From: Patescibacteria group bacterium | GTDB lineage: Bacteria > Patescibacteriota > Dojkabacteria > J137 | Direction of reading: 5' to 3' | Assembly: GCA_016861265.1 (NCBI GenBank) | Contig: BOLA01000001.1 | Span: 139,569 to 203,568 of the forward strand | Length of the DNA stretch: 64,000 nt | Shown: piece after piece, positions 29,035 through 40,900 of the stretch | How positions within the stretch are numbered: position 1 is the first letter of the stretch | Layout: each line of letters begins with the position of its first letter | The notes under the pieces: model-generated | Seen by the model: the letters and a program-made list of their open reading frames with translations, nothing else | Databases searched by the model: none | What the model was told of the DNA's origin: nothing | Program-made: the position numbers and the translations under genes

Positions 29035-31323
29035 TTATCTAAATCTTGAAGGTCTGTTACCAAATCTTCTTTCACCTCTATCGTCTCTTCTATTGTATCC
29101 GCCTCTGTCATCTCTTCTCTCTTCTCTTTTATACTCTGGAGCAGGAAAATTTTCTGGATGAGCTAATTTCTCCTGTAATTCAGGTGCTTGTTCAACTCCC
29201 TTAATACTAAAGCTAGTCTTTCCATTATCTTTTCCTATTACTTTTACCTTTACAATTTGACCTTCACTAAAGATTTTCTCTAGATCCGCATTTGTTCTTT
29301 GATCCCACATTTCTGAAACATGTAGTAATCCAGAAATCGAATTGCTTACATCTACAAAAACTCCGTAAGGCATAATTTTATCTACCTTACCCTCGTATTC
29401 TGTACCAATTTCAGCTTCTGCAAAGTTACTTGTAATTGTGTTTTTTACAAAGTTCAATTGTTCACCATTAGATGCACTGATTGTAACAATACCGTTATCA
29501 TCGATATTAATATCAACTGGATTCTTTCCAAGCTCGCTTGCTTTTGCAACAAGCTCCTTTATATTTTTGCCTCCTGGACCAATTAATTCACCAATTCGCT
29601 CCTTATCAATAGTCATCTTCTCAACAATTGGAGCATTTTCAGGTAGAGTTGTTCTAGGTGCTGCAATTGCCTTATTCATAACCTCCAGAACCTGTAATCT
29701 ACCGTCTTTAGCTAATCTGAATGCTTCCTTTAACACACTTAATTTAACTCCTCTTAATTTGTTTTCGTATTGAATTGCTGTAATTCCTGAATCTGTTCCA
29801 GTTACTTTAAAGTCCATATCTCCATAAAAATCTTCTATTCCTTCAATATCTAACAATAGCTTGTAAACATCATCATTTTTGTCTTCGGTTATTAAACCAA
29901 CACCAATTCCAGCCACCGCTTTCTTTAGTGGGACTCCTGCTACCATTAATGCCATAGAGCTAGCACAGGTTGCAGCCATAGATGTAGACCCATTAGAGCT
30001 CATAATCTCTGACACTACCCTAATTGTATAAGGGAACTCTTCTTCAGATGGAATCATATTCTTTAGAGCATTCTCACCAATTGCCCCGTGACCTACTTCT
30101 CTTCTGCCTGGGTGATAAGGGAATCTTCCTGCTTCACCGGATGCGTAAGGAGGCATATTGTAGTGGTGCATGAATCTTTTTGTACTCTCACCTTCCATTG
30201 CATCAACCATTTGTGCATTTCCAATAGGACCTAGTGTAGCAATCGATAAGGACTGAGTTAGACCTCTGTTAAAAATTGCTGATCCGTGAACAGTTGGTAG
30301 AATATCAATTGCAGCACTAATTGGTCTAATCTGTGTTAAGTTTCTACCTAATCTTCTTTTGTCTTCTTTTAATATAGAATCTCTTATTATTCTTCGTGCA
30401 ATATATTCAATGGAATTAGAAATATCCATTTCTGTAATTGTGCCTTCTGGAGTTATATGTTCTGCAACAAGTTCCTCAATAATTTTTGCTATGAATACGT
30501 TTCTATCTGCTTTTTCAGGTTGAAATAGAATCTCTTTAATTGCATCGTATTTTGATTCTTTAATTTTGTTTATTAATTCTTCCGGTGCTGGTAAATCACT
30601 GAATGCTTCTGTAGTTTCAATAACCTTAACTTCACCTCCAGCTGCCTTGTATTCATTAATAAAGTCAACTTGAGCTGCATTCATCTCCTTAATTAAAGTC
30701 ATGGACTCATCTAATACTTTATCCATGTCTTCTTCTGTAAGTTCCTTTGCCCAGCCTTCAATACTCAATGCCCTGTCATCTACACCTGTAATTAAAAATT
30801 CTGCTCTATGTTCTTCTCTTTCTTCCACTAATGGATTTAATACTACTTTTCCATCTTGTGTAAAGCAAGCTACTACTCCTGAACATGGCCCCATAAATGG
30901 TGCTCCAGTTAGGCTTAGGGCTAGACTAGCACCTAATACAGCCAATACTTCAGGATCATTTTCCTGGTCGTAAGCCATTACAGTTAATACCAAACTTGTA
31001 GATCGTTTAAAGCTCTTAGGGAATAAAGATCTTATAGAGTGATCAACCTGTCTAGCTTTAATAATTGCTTCCTCAGATGGTAAACCTTCTCGTTTTTGAA
31101 ATCTTGATCCACTAATTGCTCCTCTAGCATACATCTTTTCGATATATTCTACTGATAGTGGAAAGAAATCTGCTTCAGCATTTTTTTTATCCATTGTTAC
31201 TGCTGCTAACAATGCTGTTCCTCCCATTTTAAGAAGAACGGATCCTTGGGCCTGGTTCGCGATTTTGCCTGTGGAAACTTCAATATTGGTATTACCCAAT
31301 TTATATGTTTTGGAAAACTCCAT
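29035..31323 (-). CDS. pnp: Polyribonucleotide nucleotidyltransferase
   Basis: DFFPLSVEY, HHYNMPP, RREVGHG, SNGSTSMA, GDMDFKVTG, KH (IGPGGK) and S1 domains. Confidence 0.97.
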   Translation of the reverse strand: MEFSKTYKLGNTNIEVSTGKIANQAQGSVLLKMGGTALLAAVTMDKKNAEADFFPLSVEYIEKMYARGAISGSRFQKREGLPSEEAIIKARQVDHSIRSLFPKSFKRSTSLVLTVMAYDQENDPEVLAVLGASLALSLTGAPFMGPCSGVVACFTQDGKVVLNPLVEEREEHRAEFLITGVDDRALSIEGWAKELTEEDMDKVLDESMTLIKEMNAAQVDFINEYKAAGGEVKVIETTEAFSDLPAPEELINKIKESKYDAIKEILFQPEKADRNVFIAKIIEELVAEHITPEGTITEMDISNSIEYIARRIIRDSILKEDKRRLGRNLTQIRPISAAIDILPTVHGSAIFNRGLTQSLSIATLGPIGNAQMVDAMEGESTKRFMHHYNMPPYASGEAGRFPYHPGRREVGHGAIGENALKNMIPSEEEFPYTIRVVSEIMSSNGSTSMAATCASSMALMVAGVPLKKAVAGIGVGLITEDKNDDVYKLLLDIEGIEDFYGDMDFKVTGTDSGITAIQYENKLRGVKLSVLKEAFRLAKDGRLQVLEVMNKAIAAPRTTLPENAPIVEKMTIDKERIGELIGPGGKNIKELVAKASELGKNPVDINIDDNGIVTISASNGEQLNFVKNTITSNFAEAEIGTEYEGKVDKIMPYGVFVDVSNSISGLLHVSEMWDQRTNADLEKIFSEGQIVKVKVIGKDNGKTSFSIKGVEQAPELQEKLAHPENFPAPEYKREERRDDRGGYNRRDDRGERRFGNRPSRFR

Positions 31324-31483
31324 AAACAGTGTTTAAAAAATATATAGATAGAAGCGATACTCCTATAGAGCTTAAATTCCGTAACGAAGAGAAACGATAA
31401 TTTACTTAATATAAACTATAGCCTTCCTTCGTCTTAGTTTTAAAGCCCTGTTGAATTATATGATATTTGAGTTATGTAAGCAA

Positions 31484-32380
31484 TTACTGAACCACTACCA
31501 CTCTTCTTACAAGTGTTATTCTTCTGGCTGCTGGGTCAACTGATTCCATAACAGGGTCAGTAGTCACGATAGTTATATAGTCATTGTTAAATGAATTCTT
31601 TGCTTCTGGACTAAGCAAATTTTGAGTCTCAATCCCTGATGCGGTATAAGACCTTACTACTTTGTAGGTTCCTTGATTAACTCCATTAATTGTTATATTA
31701 CTAATTAAGGTTCCTGGTTGAGAGTCATATAAATTTAGAAATAATCTTCCCCATTCAGTATAGTTATGTGCATAAATTATTGCTGTAGTTCCTGATTCAA
31801 GTGCACAGACTCCACCACCTGAGTCTACGGATTGAGATCGTCCATCGGATCTTATAAATGTTGCACACACGTTTGCAGTAATAGAGATACTATTATTTAT
31901 AGTAGGAATTAAATCTTCAAAATCGTTTAAATAGTTACTATACACAAAACCTTCCGGATTATTGTCTAGGTCTGTGCTAACCATTGCCCAAGCAGAAGTT
32001 TGATCTAACCCAAGTACTCTAACTTGGTCACCTAACTGTAAGTAATCTAGTATTTCAGCATCTAGGCCTGGTCTTAATCTTAACCTTAAATTATTTACAC
32101 CAACTGTGGTTGTGACTGGAAATGAAGGTGGACTATCAACAAGTTGTTCTTGAGCATCTACTTTGTAGGTTGATGCAATCACAAGTGCAAGTGCAATGTA
32201 TCTTTTTACTTTACCAGAAGAGATTCTAAAAAAAGCATGCCTTAGATCTTGAACATAATCGTTTATATTCTCCAAGGTGACTCTTATTTCTAATATTTTG
32301 GATAGTTCTTCTAAAACCCTATTAACAACCGAACTCTCGATAAAATGTTCTTTGGTTTTAAGTTCTAAATTTTCAATCAT
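31484..32380 (-). CDS. SH3b domain plus sortase-like domain protein
   Basis: NLRLRLRPGLDAEILDYL..GDQVRVLG...W..V...EGFV...YL (SH3b); IIYAHNY...YKVV...ITIVTT...R.VV (sortase-like). Confidence 0.6.
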   Translation of the reverse strand: MIENLELKTKEHFIESSVVNRVLEELSKILEIRVTLENINDYVQDLRHAFFRISSGKVKRYIALALVIASTYKVDAQEQLVDSPPSFPVTTTVGVNNLRLRLRPGLDAEILDYLQLGDQVRVLGLDQTSAWAMVSTDLDNNPEGFVYSNYLNDFEDLIPTINNSISITANVCATFIRSDGRSQSVDSGGGVCALESGTTAIIYAHNYTEWGRLFLNLYDSQPGTLISNITINGVNQGTYKVVRSYTASGIETQNLLSPEAKNSFNNDYITIVTTDPVMESVDPAARRITLVRRVVVVQ

Positions 32381-32445
32381 TCTGAGGAATTAAGATAGAT
32401 AGAGTATAGCACTCCAAAAATAATTATAGTGTGTATATGCAATGA

Positions 32446-32469
32446 ATGCGGGCGCCAAGGCGCCCGCAT
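32446..32469 (-). terminator. GC hairpin after the cohesin-dockerin gene
   Basis: atgcgggcgcc-aa-ggcgcccgcat. Confidence 0.65.
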
Positions 32470-32492
32470 ATATCGCAATAATTAAATTCTAC

Positions 32493-34523
<2,031 letters not shown>

Positions 34524-34532
34524 AAATAGTAA

Positions 34533-35135
34533 TTAATTATTGTTAAGAGGTTTAAGTTTTATTAAAGCTGCTCCGACTGCTATTAAAAGCACGCTCGCAC
34601 CAATTATTATTCCGCTCTGGGTATCGGTTAATGCTGTATCTGGAAGCGTTGTTCCGCCCGATCCCGAAATTGTAAATGTTGCGGCTGTTCCATTATTTGC
34701 ATAAGATGTAACACCGTCTGAATAAACATTTCCACTTGCTCTGGTAATTGTGGCCGTTCCGGAAGTATTTGCTAATTGAATAACTAGAGTGCCTAATGTT
34801 TCTCCAGATACTATAGGAACGCTTTTTGCAAGACTTGCACAAACAGTTGTCGACGTATAGTAAGCTGGTCCTGCACAATCTTGCGTAGCCCCGACCCAGG
34901 TTCCACCTGTTACTGGAGTAAACGAAACTACTGTAGCATTAGTAAGAGTTAATCTTATTGCTACTGCATTTGATCCCGCACCGGTAGGAGCTGCAGTAAC
35001 AGTTATATTAACCTGAGTCCCTGGGGCGTAAGTACCGCTACTAGGATTCATTGTAACTGCATGCAATTTAATTACTGGAAATATTGCAGTAAGTAAGAAG
35101 GCAAAAAATATACTTAATTTAGTGACAATTTTCAT
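34533..35135 (-). CDS. Cohesin-like surface protein with LPxTA-TM-basic tail
   Basis: Signal peptide, beta-rich domain (PSSGTYAPGTQVNITV, NAVAIRL), LPDTA followed by a hydrophobic helix and KLK. Confidence 0.7.
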   Translation of the reverse strand: MKIVTKLSIFFAFLLTAIFPVIKLHAVTMNPSSGTYAPGTQVNITVTAAPTGAGSNAVAIRLTLTNATVVSFTPVTGGTWVGATQDCAGPAYYTSTTVCASLAKSVPIVSGETLGTLVIQLANTSGTATITRASGNVYSDGVTSYANNGTAATFTISGSGGTTLPDTALTDTQSGIIIGASVLLIAVGAALIKLKPLNNN

Positions 35136-35189
35136 TTGTTAGCAAAAAAAATTTATACACTAACAAATTAATATAAATTAGTTACCAAG

Positions 35190-36623
35190 TCAAAGATTTG
35201 TGGCTGCGATATATTCTTTTGCTATTAGCAATAGATCGAATTTTTTATTCAGTCCTGGATCTTCTACAACTCTTTCTAATAGGTGATTAAGAACCTTACC
35301 TATTTGCGGTCCGGAAATACTAAAGTTATCGATTAAATCATTACCGCTTATATCAAGATCCGATACTTTTAAGGCCATTTCCTTAGCACTCACTTCCGCA
35401 ATACGAGTAGAAATTGCGTCTAATTCTTCTCTATTAAATTCATATTTTTTATTGGACAATTGATCTGCAATTCTTAGTTTTAATAACTGATCAACTGATT
35501 CAAGTCCACCTACGTTTTGAATTAATCGTCTAATAGCTGCATCTGTCCAACCATGTATTGGTTTATCTTTTGTATCCTCAGAATTCCTCCAGTCTGCAGA
35601 AGGATAGTAAAACATATGCCACCTCACAAGTTTAACAGTCTGTTCAATTTCAGCGTTTGAAAATTTAAGTCTTTTCATTATTTCTTCCGTCATTTCGGCA
35701 CCTCTCATGTCGTGCCCGTAAAAATGGGTACCTTTTTCATCAACTGTAATTGTCCTTGGTTTACCTATATCGTGAAAAAGCGCTGCGAGTTTAACAGAAT
35801 CTTCCGCTTGGTCTACAGTTAGAATTGAATGCTCAAATACATCGTCTGAGTGGAATTCAGGCTGAGTGACATTTATTCCTTCAAGTAATTCTGGAATAAA
35901 TATATTTAAAATTCCACTATCCTTAAGTAATCTTAAACCTACAGACGGTTTGGAAGATTTATATAAAAGCTTTAACAGTTCGTCTCTGAATCTTTCTACA
36001 GAAACTAGCTTGGTTATGTGCAATGTTTGTTTTATGGCTTCAAAGGTATTTTCTTCCACTATAAAACCCAATTGTGATGCTAGTCGGCATGCCCTTACTG
36101 CTCTTAGTCCATCTTCTTCGAATCTTTCGATCGGATTTCCAACCGCCTTTATTATTTTGTCTTGTAAATCTTTTTGCCCTTGATAGGGATCAATAAGTAT
36201 ATAATCTTGTTGCGAATCCTTTAGGCTAGTTAAATCCAGAGCCATTGAATTTATAGAAAAATCCCTTCTTGAAAGATCTTCTTGAATAGTTCTTGCAAAT
36301 TCGACCTTACTTGGCCATCTGCCGCCAACATAGTCTGCTTCGGACCTATAAGTTGTTACTTGAACGTCAAACTTTTCACCATGAGAGTCTTCCGAAATTA
36401 CAGTTATTGTTCCGAACTTTGCACCTGTGGGAATAGACTTCTCGAATATTGCAGATATTTGTTCTGGATATGCATTTGTAGCTATGTCGTAATCTTCAGG
36501 AGTTTTATTTAAGAGTAAATCTCTAATAGAACCACCCACTAAATAGGCCTCGTAACCATTAATCGATAGTGTTTCGGAGACCTTTAATACGTAGTCAGGA
36601 ATTTGAGATTTTTGTAATTTCAT
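35190..36623 (-). CDS. cca: CCA tRNA nucleotidyltransferase with HD domain
   Basis: VGGSIRDLL, DYDIAT, DLSRRDFSIN, RFEEDGLR, ERFRDEL, HDIGK. Confidence 0.93.
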   Translation of the reverse strand: MKLQKSQIPDYVLKVSETLSINGYEAYLVGGSIRDLLLNKTPEDYDIATNAYPEQISAIFEKSIPTGAKFGTITVISEDSHGEKFDVQVTTYRSEADYVGGRWPSKVEFARTIQEDLSRRDFSINSMALDLTSLKDSQQDYILIDPYQGQKDLQDKIIKAVGNPIERFEEDGLRAVRACRLASQLGFIVEENTFEAIKQTLHITKLVSVERFRDELLKLLYKSSKPSVGLRLLKDSGILNIFIPELLEGINVTQPEFHSDDVFEHSILTVDQAEDSVKLAALFHDIGKPRTITVDEKGTHFYGHDMRGAEMTEEIMKRLKFSNAEIEQTVKLVRWHMFYYPSADWRNSEDTKDKPIHGWTDAAIRRLIQNVGGLESVDQLLKLRIADQLSNKKYEFNREELDAISTRIAEVSAKEMALKVSDLDISGNDLIDNFSISGPQIGKVLNHLLERVVEDPGLNKKFDLLLIAKEYIAATNL

Positions 36624-36780
36624 ACAGGTATTATAACAAAAGTATCTTACAATATTCCTACATACTCAATTATATACGCCTAAAAACGACTTCAAATTAA
36701 ATGACTGATAGAACTAACAACACAGTATAATTTTGAATGTAATTTCATATATAGAAATATTTTCGCAAGCTTATATGAAA

Positions 36781-37320
36781 TTATTCCAACTCGTCCGAAG
36801 TATAAAGCTCACTAGGATCTTTAATATATTTTAAGAATAGTACACCATGTAAATGATCGACTTCGTGTTGAACAACATGACTAAAGAAGTCCGACGCACC
36901 AATATTCTTGGTTTTGCCCATAATATCAATGTATTCGACTTCAATTTCCTTTGGTCTCTGAACTTTACCGAATAAGTCACCATCGTTAATACTTAGACAA
37001 CCTTCCCAATGAACAGACTTATTGGCAGACTTCTTAATGATTTTAGGATTTATCATGACTTCCCAATCAATATCTGAAGGTTTGGTATTTAAATCGGAAT
37101 CTTCAAGGTCGGTTCTTCTGCATACTGCGATATTCAAAAGCTCACCTATTTGAGGGGCGGATAGCCCTGCGCTTCTCTCTGCTTCCACCTGCAGAATTTT
37201 AAGCATTTCGTTAATAATGTTCTGTACTTTAGGGTCGTTAATGTCTTCAACATCCTTTGAAGGAGTCTCCAAGATTGGACTTCCGTACTGTAATATTCTT
37301 CGCATAACGAATTTTACCAT
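36781..37320 (-). CDS. def: Peptide deformylase
   Basis: GLSAPQIG, EGCLS, QHEVDHLHG; start may be the Met at 37305. Confidence 0.95.
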   Translation of the reverse strand: MVKFVMRRILQYGSPILETPSKDVEDINDPKVQNIINEMLKILQVEAERSAGLSAPQIGELLNIAVCRRTDLEDSDLNTKPSDIDWEVMINPKIIKKSANKSVHWEGCLSINDGDLFGKVQRPKEIEVEYIDIMGKTKNIGASDFFSHVVQHEVDHLHGVLFLKYIKDPSELYTSDELE

Positions 37321-37345
37321 TTTATTACTTATCCGATAACACTTT

Positions 37346-37801
37346 TCAGTATTCCCCAGCAGGTATCTTTATTTCAAAAAAATATTTGTTATTCATATCG
37401 AAGTAATAATAAGACAGTGAGACTCCATTTTTTCTAAAGAACTCCGCCTCTGGAATAGTTTTTATTCTATTTCTTAGAGGTTCGTTGATTAGAGCAATAA
37501 CTTCTTCGACATTGTAATCTTCGGAAGCCATATTTATTAACGTTAGATTGTAACGCATTGTCCTATTAGGCAAGGCAGTAATGCTATCTAGTGAGGTTTC
37601 ACTATCAATTACCATAGGCAAATTTTTATTCAATTCACTTGCAGTATTTACTAAGGTACTATCAAAGGTTGGTTTAGGTATTATTATTGGAAGTATGACC
37701 AATCTCATTAGTAATGAGGTCAGAATATATATGCCAATGAATACAGCACCTAACATTAAAGTTCTTTTTATTTTACCTGAGGGTTCAATAATGTTTCTCA
37801 C
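37346..37801 (-). CDS. Hypothetical single-TM protein
   Basis: N-terminal TM, ELNKNLPMVIDSET.L motif; family not identified. Confidence 0.7.
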   Translation of the reverse strand: MRNIIEPSGKIKRTLMLGAVFIGIYILTSLLMRLVILPIIIPKPTFDSTLVNTASELNKNLPMVIDSETSLDSITALPNRTMRYNLTLINMASEDYNVEEVIALINEPLRNRIKTIPEAEFFRKNGVSLSYYYFDMNNKYFFEIKIPAGEY

Positions 37802-37838
37802 AACTTGAAGATAGTGTGTAATTATTATCTATTAAAAA

Positions 37839-37921
37839 TACAGCGGGAGGGACTCGAACCCTCACGCACTAATGTGCAACAGATTTTAAGTCTGTCGTGT
37901 ATACCATTTCACCACCGCTGC
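37839..37921 (-). tRNA. tRNA-Leu(TAA)
   Basis: GCAGCGG/CCGCTGT acceptor stem, anticodon arm acaga-cTTAAaa-tctgt, long variable arm, GGTTCGAG; no encoded CCA. Confidence 0.95.
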
Positions 37922-37990
37922 GTCTGTATTAACATGCGTAAATGGATTTTACTCTAAAATAGCCTAATATCCAATATATTTTGCTAGATT

Positions 37991-40900
37991 TTAGGAGAAC
38001 GGATTGTCCAATCCGCCTGTACTTTGAGTAGGCGATTCCTCAATTCTCTTTAGAAGAATATTTTGATCTAGATAACCTTCAGCTTTTAAGATTGCCTTAA
38101 TTAACTGCTTGCCAGGCTCAGCAACCATTATGTATCCTCTTTTGCTTGCTAATATTGAATATTCTCCTGCAGGTAAATCGAAACGAGCCTCTCCTTTGGA
38201 GTTGGTTAAAGATAATGCAATTTGTTGTTTAGTGTCGTATATTCTTACCACTGCACCTGGGATTGGAGAGTTAAAGTCAACATCAATTACCTTACCCCTC
38301 TTCTGAATTCTTGTATAAATTGATGGGTAGAACGATATTATGAATATAAGTACATATACTACAAGTAATATTAGATTCAAGTTATCTGGAAAGTTAATTT
38401 GGCTATATATTGTAAATAAGAAGCCTATAATTGATGTAAACAATAACACTGCCCTGGCAAAGTTTATAAAGCCTTTCTTTTTGTAAGAAAATAGTGATTT
38501 AAACATGCTCTCTTTAGCATCAATTCTCCGCAACGGGATGTCATAAACAATGTCTTCTGCAGAGTTAAGTGGATTAGCCATAGATATAAATTTGGTGTAG
38601 GGCTGATAACCACTGGCCTTCACCTCTAAATAGAATTTGTCTCTTTGGTCTGTATTCAATCTATATCTACCATCTAAGTCCGAAACAGCCTGGGTAATTA
38701 CAGTTGATTTCATTTGATTGTCCCTTCCTATTTCTTTAATACTCAATGTTATAGATGCAAATGCAACCGGCTTATTTGTTAAATCATCAAAGATAATTCC
38801 CCAATATTTTCTTTTTCTTGGAGAAAAGAATCCTAGTAATACACCAAAAATCTGTCCAATTCCGCTTCCTGCAGTTACTACGCTTGTAGCTACCACTGTT
38901 GCAGTAGTTACCGCTGTTACCGCAGTTACTGCTAATGGAGTCTGAGTACCAAACGACTGCACTGCGTTTTTAACTGTATCCTGATTAATTATTTGAGGAA
39001 TAGTAGTTTCTATTATATTTTGTACAAATCCAAAGAATCCATTTCCAAAACTATAACTTTCGGATCCTCGATTATATGTTTCTTCTGGATTGAAATCTGT
39101 AGGTGAACCAGTCGAAACGGTTGCGTTAGGATTAAATACAGTAAATATTCTTTGTTGAGGAGTAGCTGCAACAAAGCACAACGAACTATTAGCATCTTTT
39201 CCAAAGTATGTTTCTACATTCAAACAATATTGTCCTCCATTATTATTAGAAACAGGGTCGTTAACATAACTAATATTTGTATTTTCACAGACTGTGGTTA
39301 TAGGATTTGCACACAAGGCTCCCGTAAACATTAACTTTGTTTCTGCACACATTTGAGCCTTATTTGTAGGATTCAATTCAATATAGAATCCAGGCGCAGG
39401 GGTTGGAACACTAGGATATTGGAATTCTAATATTGCTGTTAAGGATTTATGAGAATTATAGTCAATATCGCTAATATCTAGTTCATGGCCACTATTTAAA
39501 AGCAGGTTGCCCGATTTTAGCGGAGTACCAGTACATGTAATTACGTTATTTTCATCTGTTGAACATTGTGATGAATCATAAACTGATGTTCCTAAAAGTG
39601 CAGGTGAAGGTGAAGTTCCTGAGTCCAAAACCTTTACCTTATTCCAGGATATATCATCAGGATCTGTTGCACAGAACATATCGTTTGCATCTAGGCTAAC
39701 AGCAACACTACCTTCGCTTAAAGTAATTAGAGGATTACAGTATTCGCCTGTGTCTTCGTCAAATGTAAATACTCTACCACTATCACTTGCTGCCCACATA
39801 CAACCGAAGGCATAAGTCATTGTATAAATTTGTTCGTCGAATGGTGGCTGGTAAGCTGTCTTACCACCTTCCCAACCTGGACATTCGGAATTACTTTCAA
39901 TTTCATAACATTGAATTACAGTTTCGGTCCACCTAGACATGAAATAAATTCTTCCATCTGGGTAAGGTCCTTCAAAGTCATGGAACATATCGCCTGTAAG
40001 ATGCGACGTTGCTAGAATTGGCAAGTAATCATAAAAGCTCTCTGAATCAAGGTCGTAACAGAATATTCTTGGAGATGTAGCAGTTACAACTCCACCACCA
40101 TCGGAATATATAAACACACACATTTCATCCTGCTGATTTATAAATACAGACTGATTTGGTTTATCTGGTAGTACTTGAATTCCTTCGTTTGGAAAATCGG
40201 AACAAATCTGTTTAGTGGCAGCAATCATACATTGTAACTGTCTATCTAAATACCCTGAGTTTCCTCCACTTGTAGAGTAAATTCTGCCTGTGGAATGCTG
40301 ATATTTTGTAACCGACCAACCCGGATCGTACGCCTGAATTGTTCCCATTTGGTAAGGTTGCCCTACACAAGGAGCATTGTTTGCAATGCTGTAGCATAAT
40401 AATTGCATATAGCCGTTATTATCCCCAACATTAATTGAATATATCTCCTGCATGTCTGGGTTATATTCGACATCACCGATATTACCCCAACCCCAAGCGT
40501 TAAGCGCTACATTACCTAATACAATCATTCCCTGTTTTATATATGCAGTACTACTACAGTAGAAATCAAGTAGGAGATCCCAGCATAGGAATCCATGACC
40601 GTTACCGACACCATCTTTAAAATTAACATCTGTCATTGGAATATACATTTTGTCATTTACTATTTCTGCGTTTACAGCAAAGCTAGTTTTTGAAGATATA
40701 TATTCATCATCAATATCGCTAAAGCCGTCTTGCCCCATGACAACGGGGTATACAATTGCAGGATTCTTAGATACACAAGTGTCGTTTATTTCTAAATCAA
40801 AGCAGAACATTGTCTTTAAAGGATCTACCATTGATCGATCTACTAACCAGTGGTGATTAAAGTAGAATAATTTATTGTTATATGGAACGACTTCGTAAAC

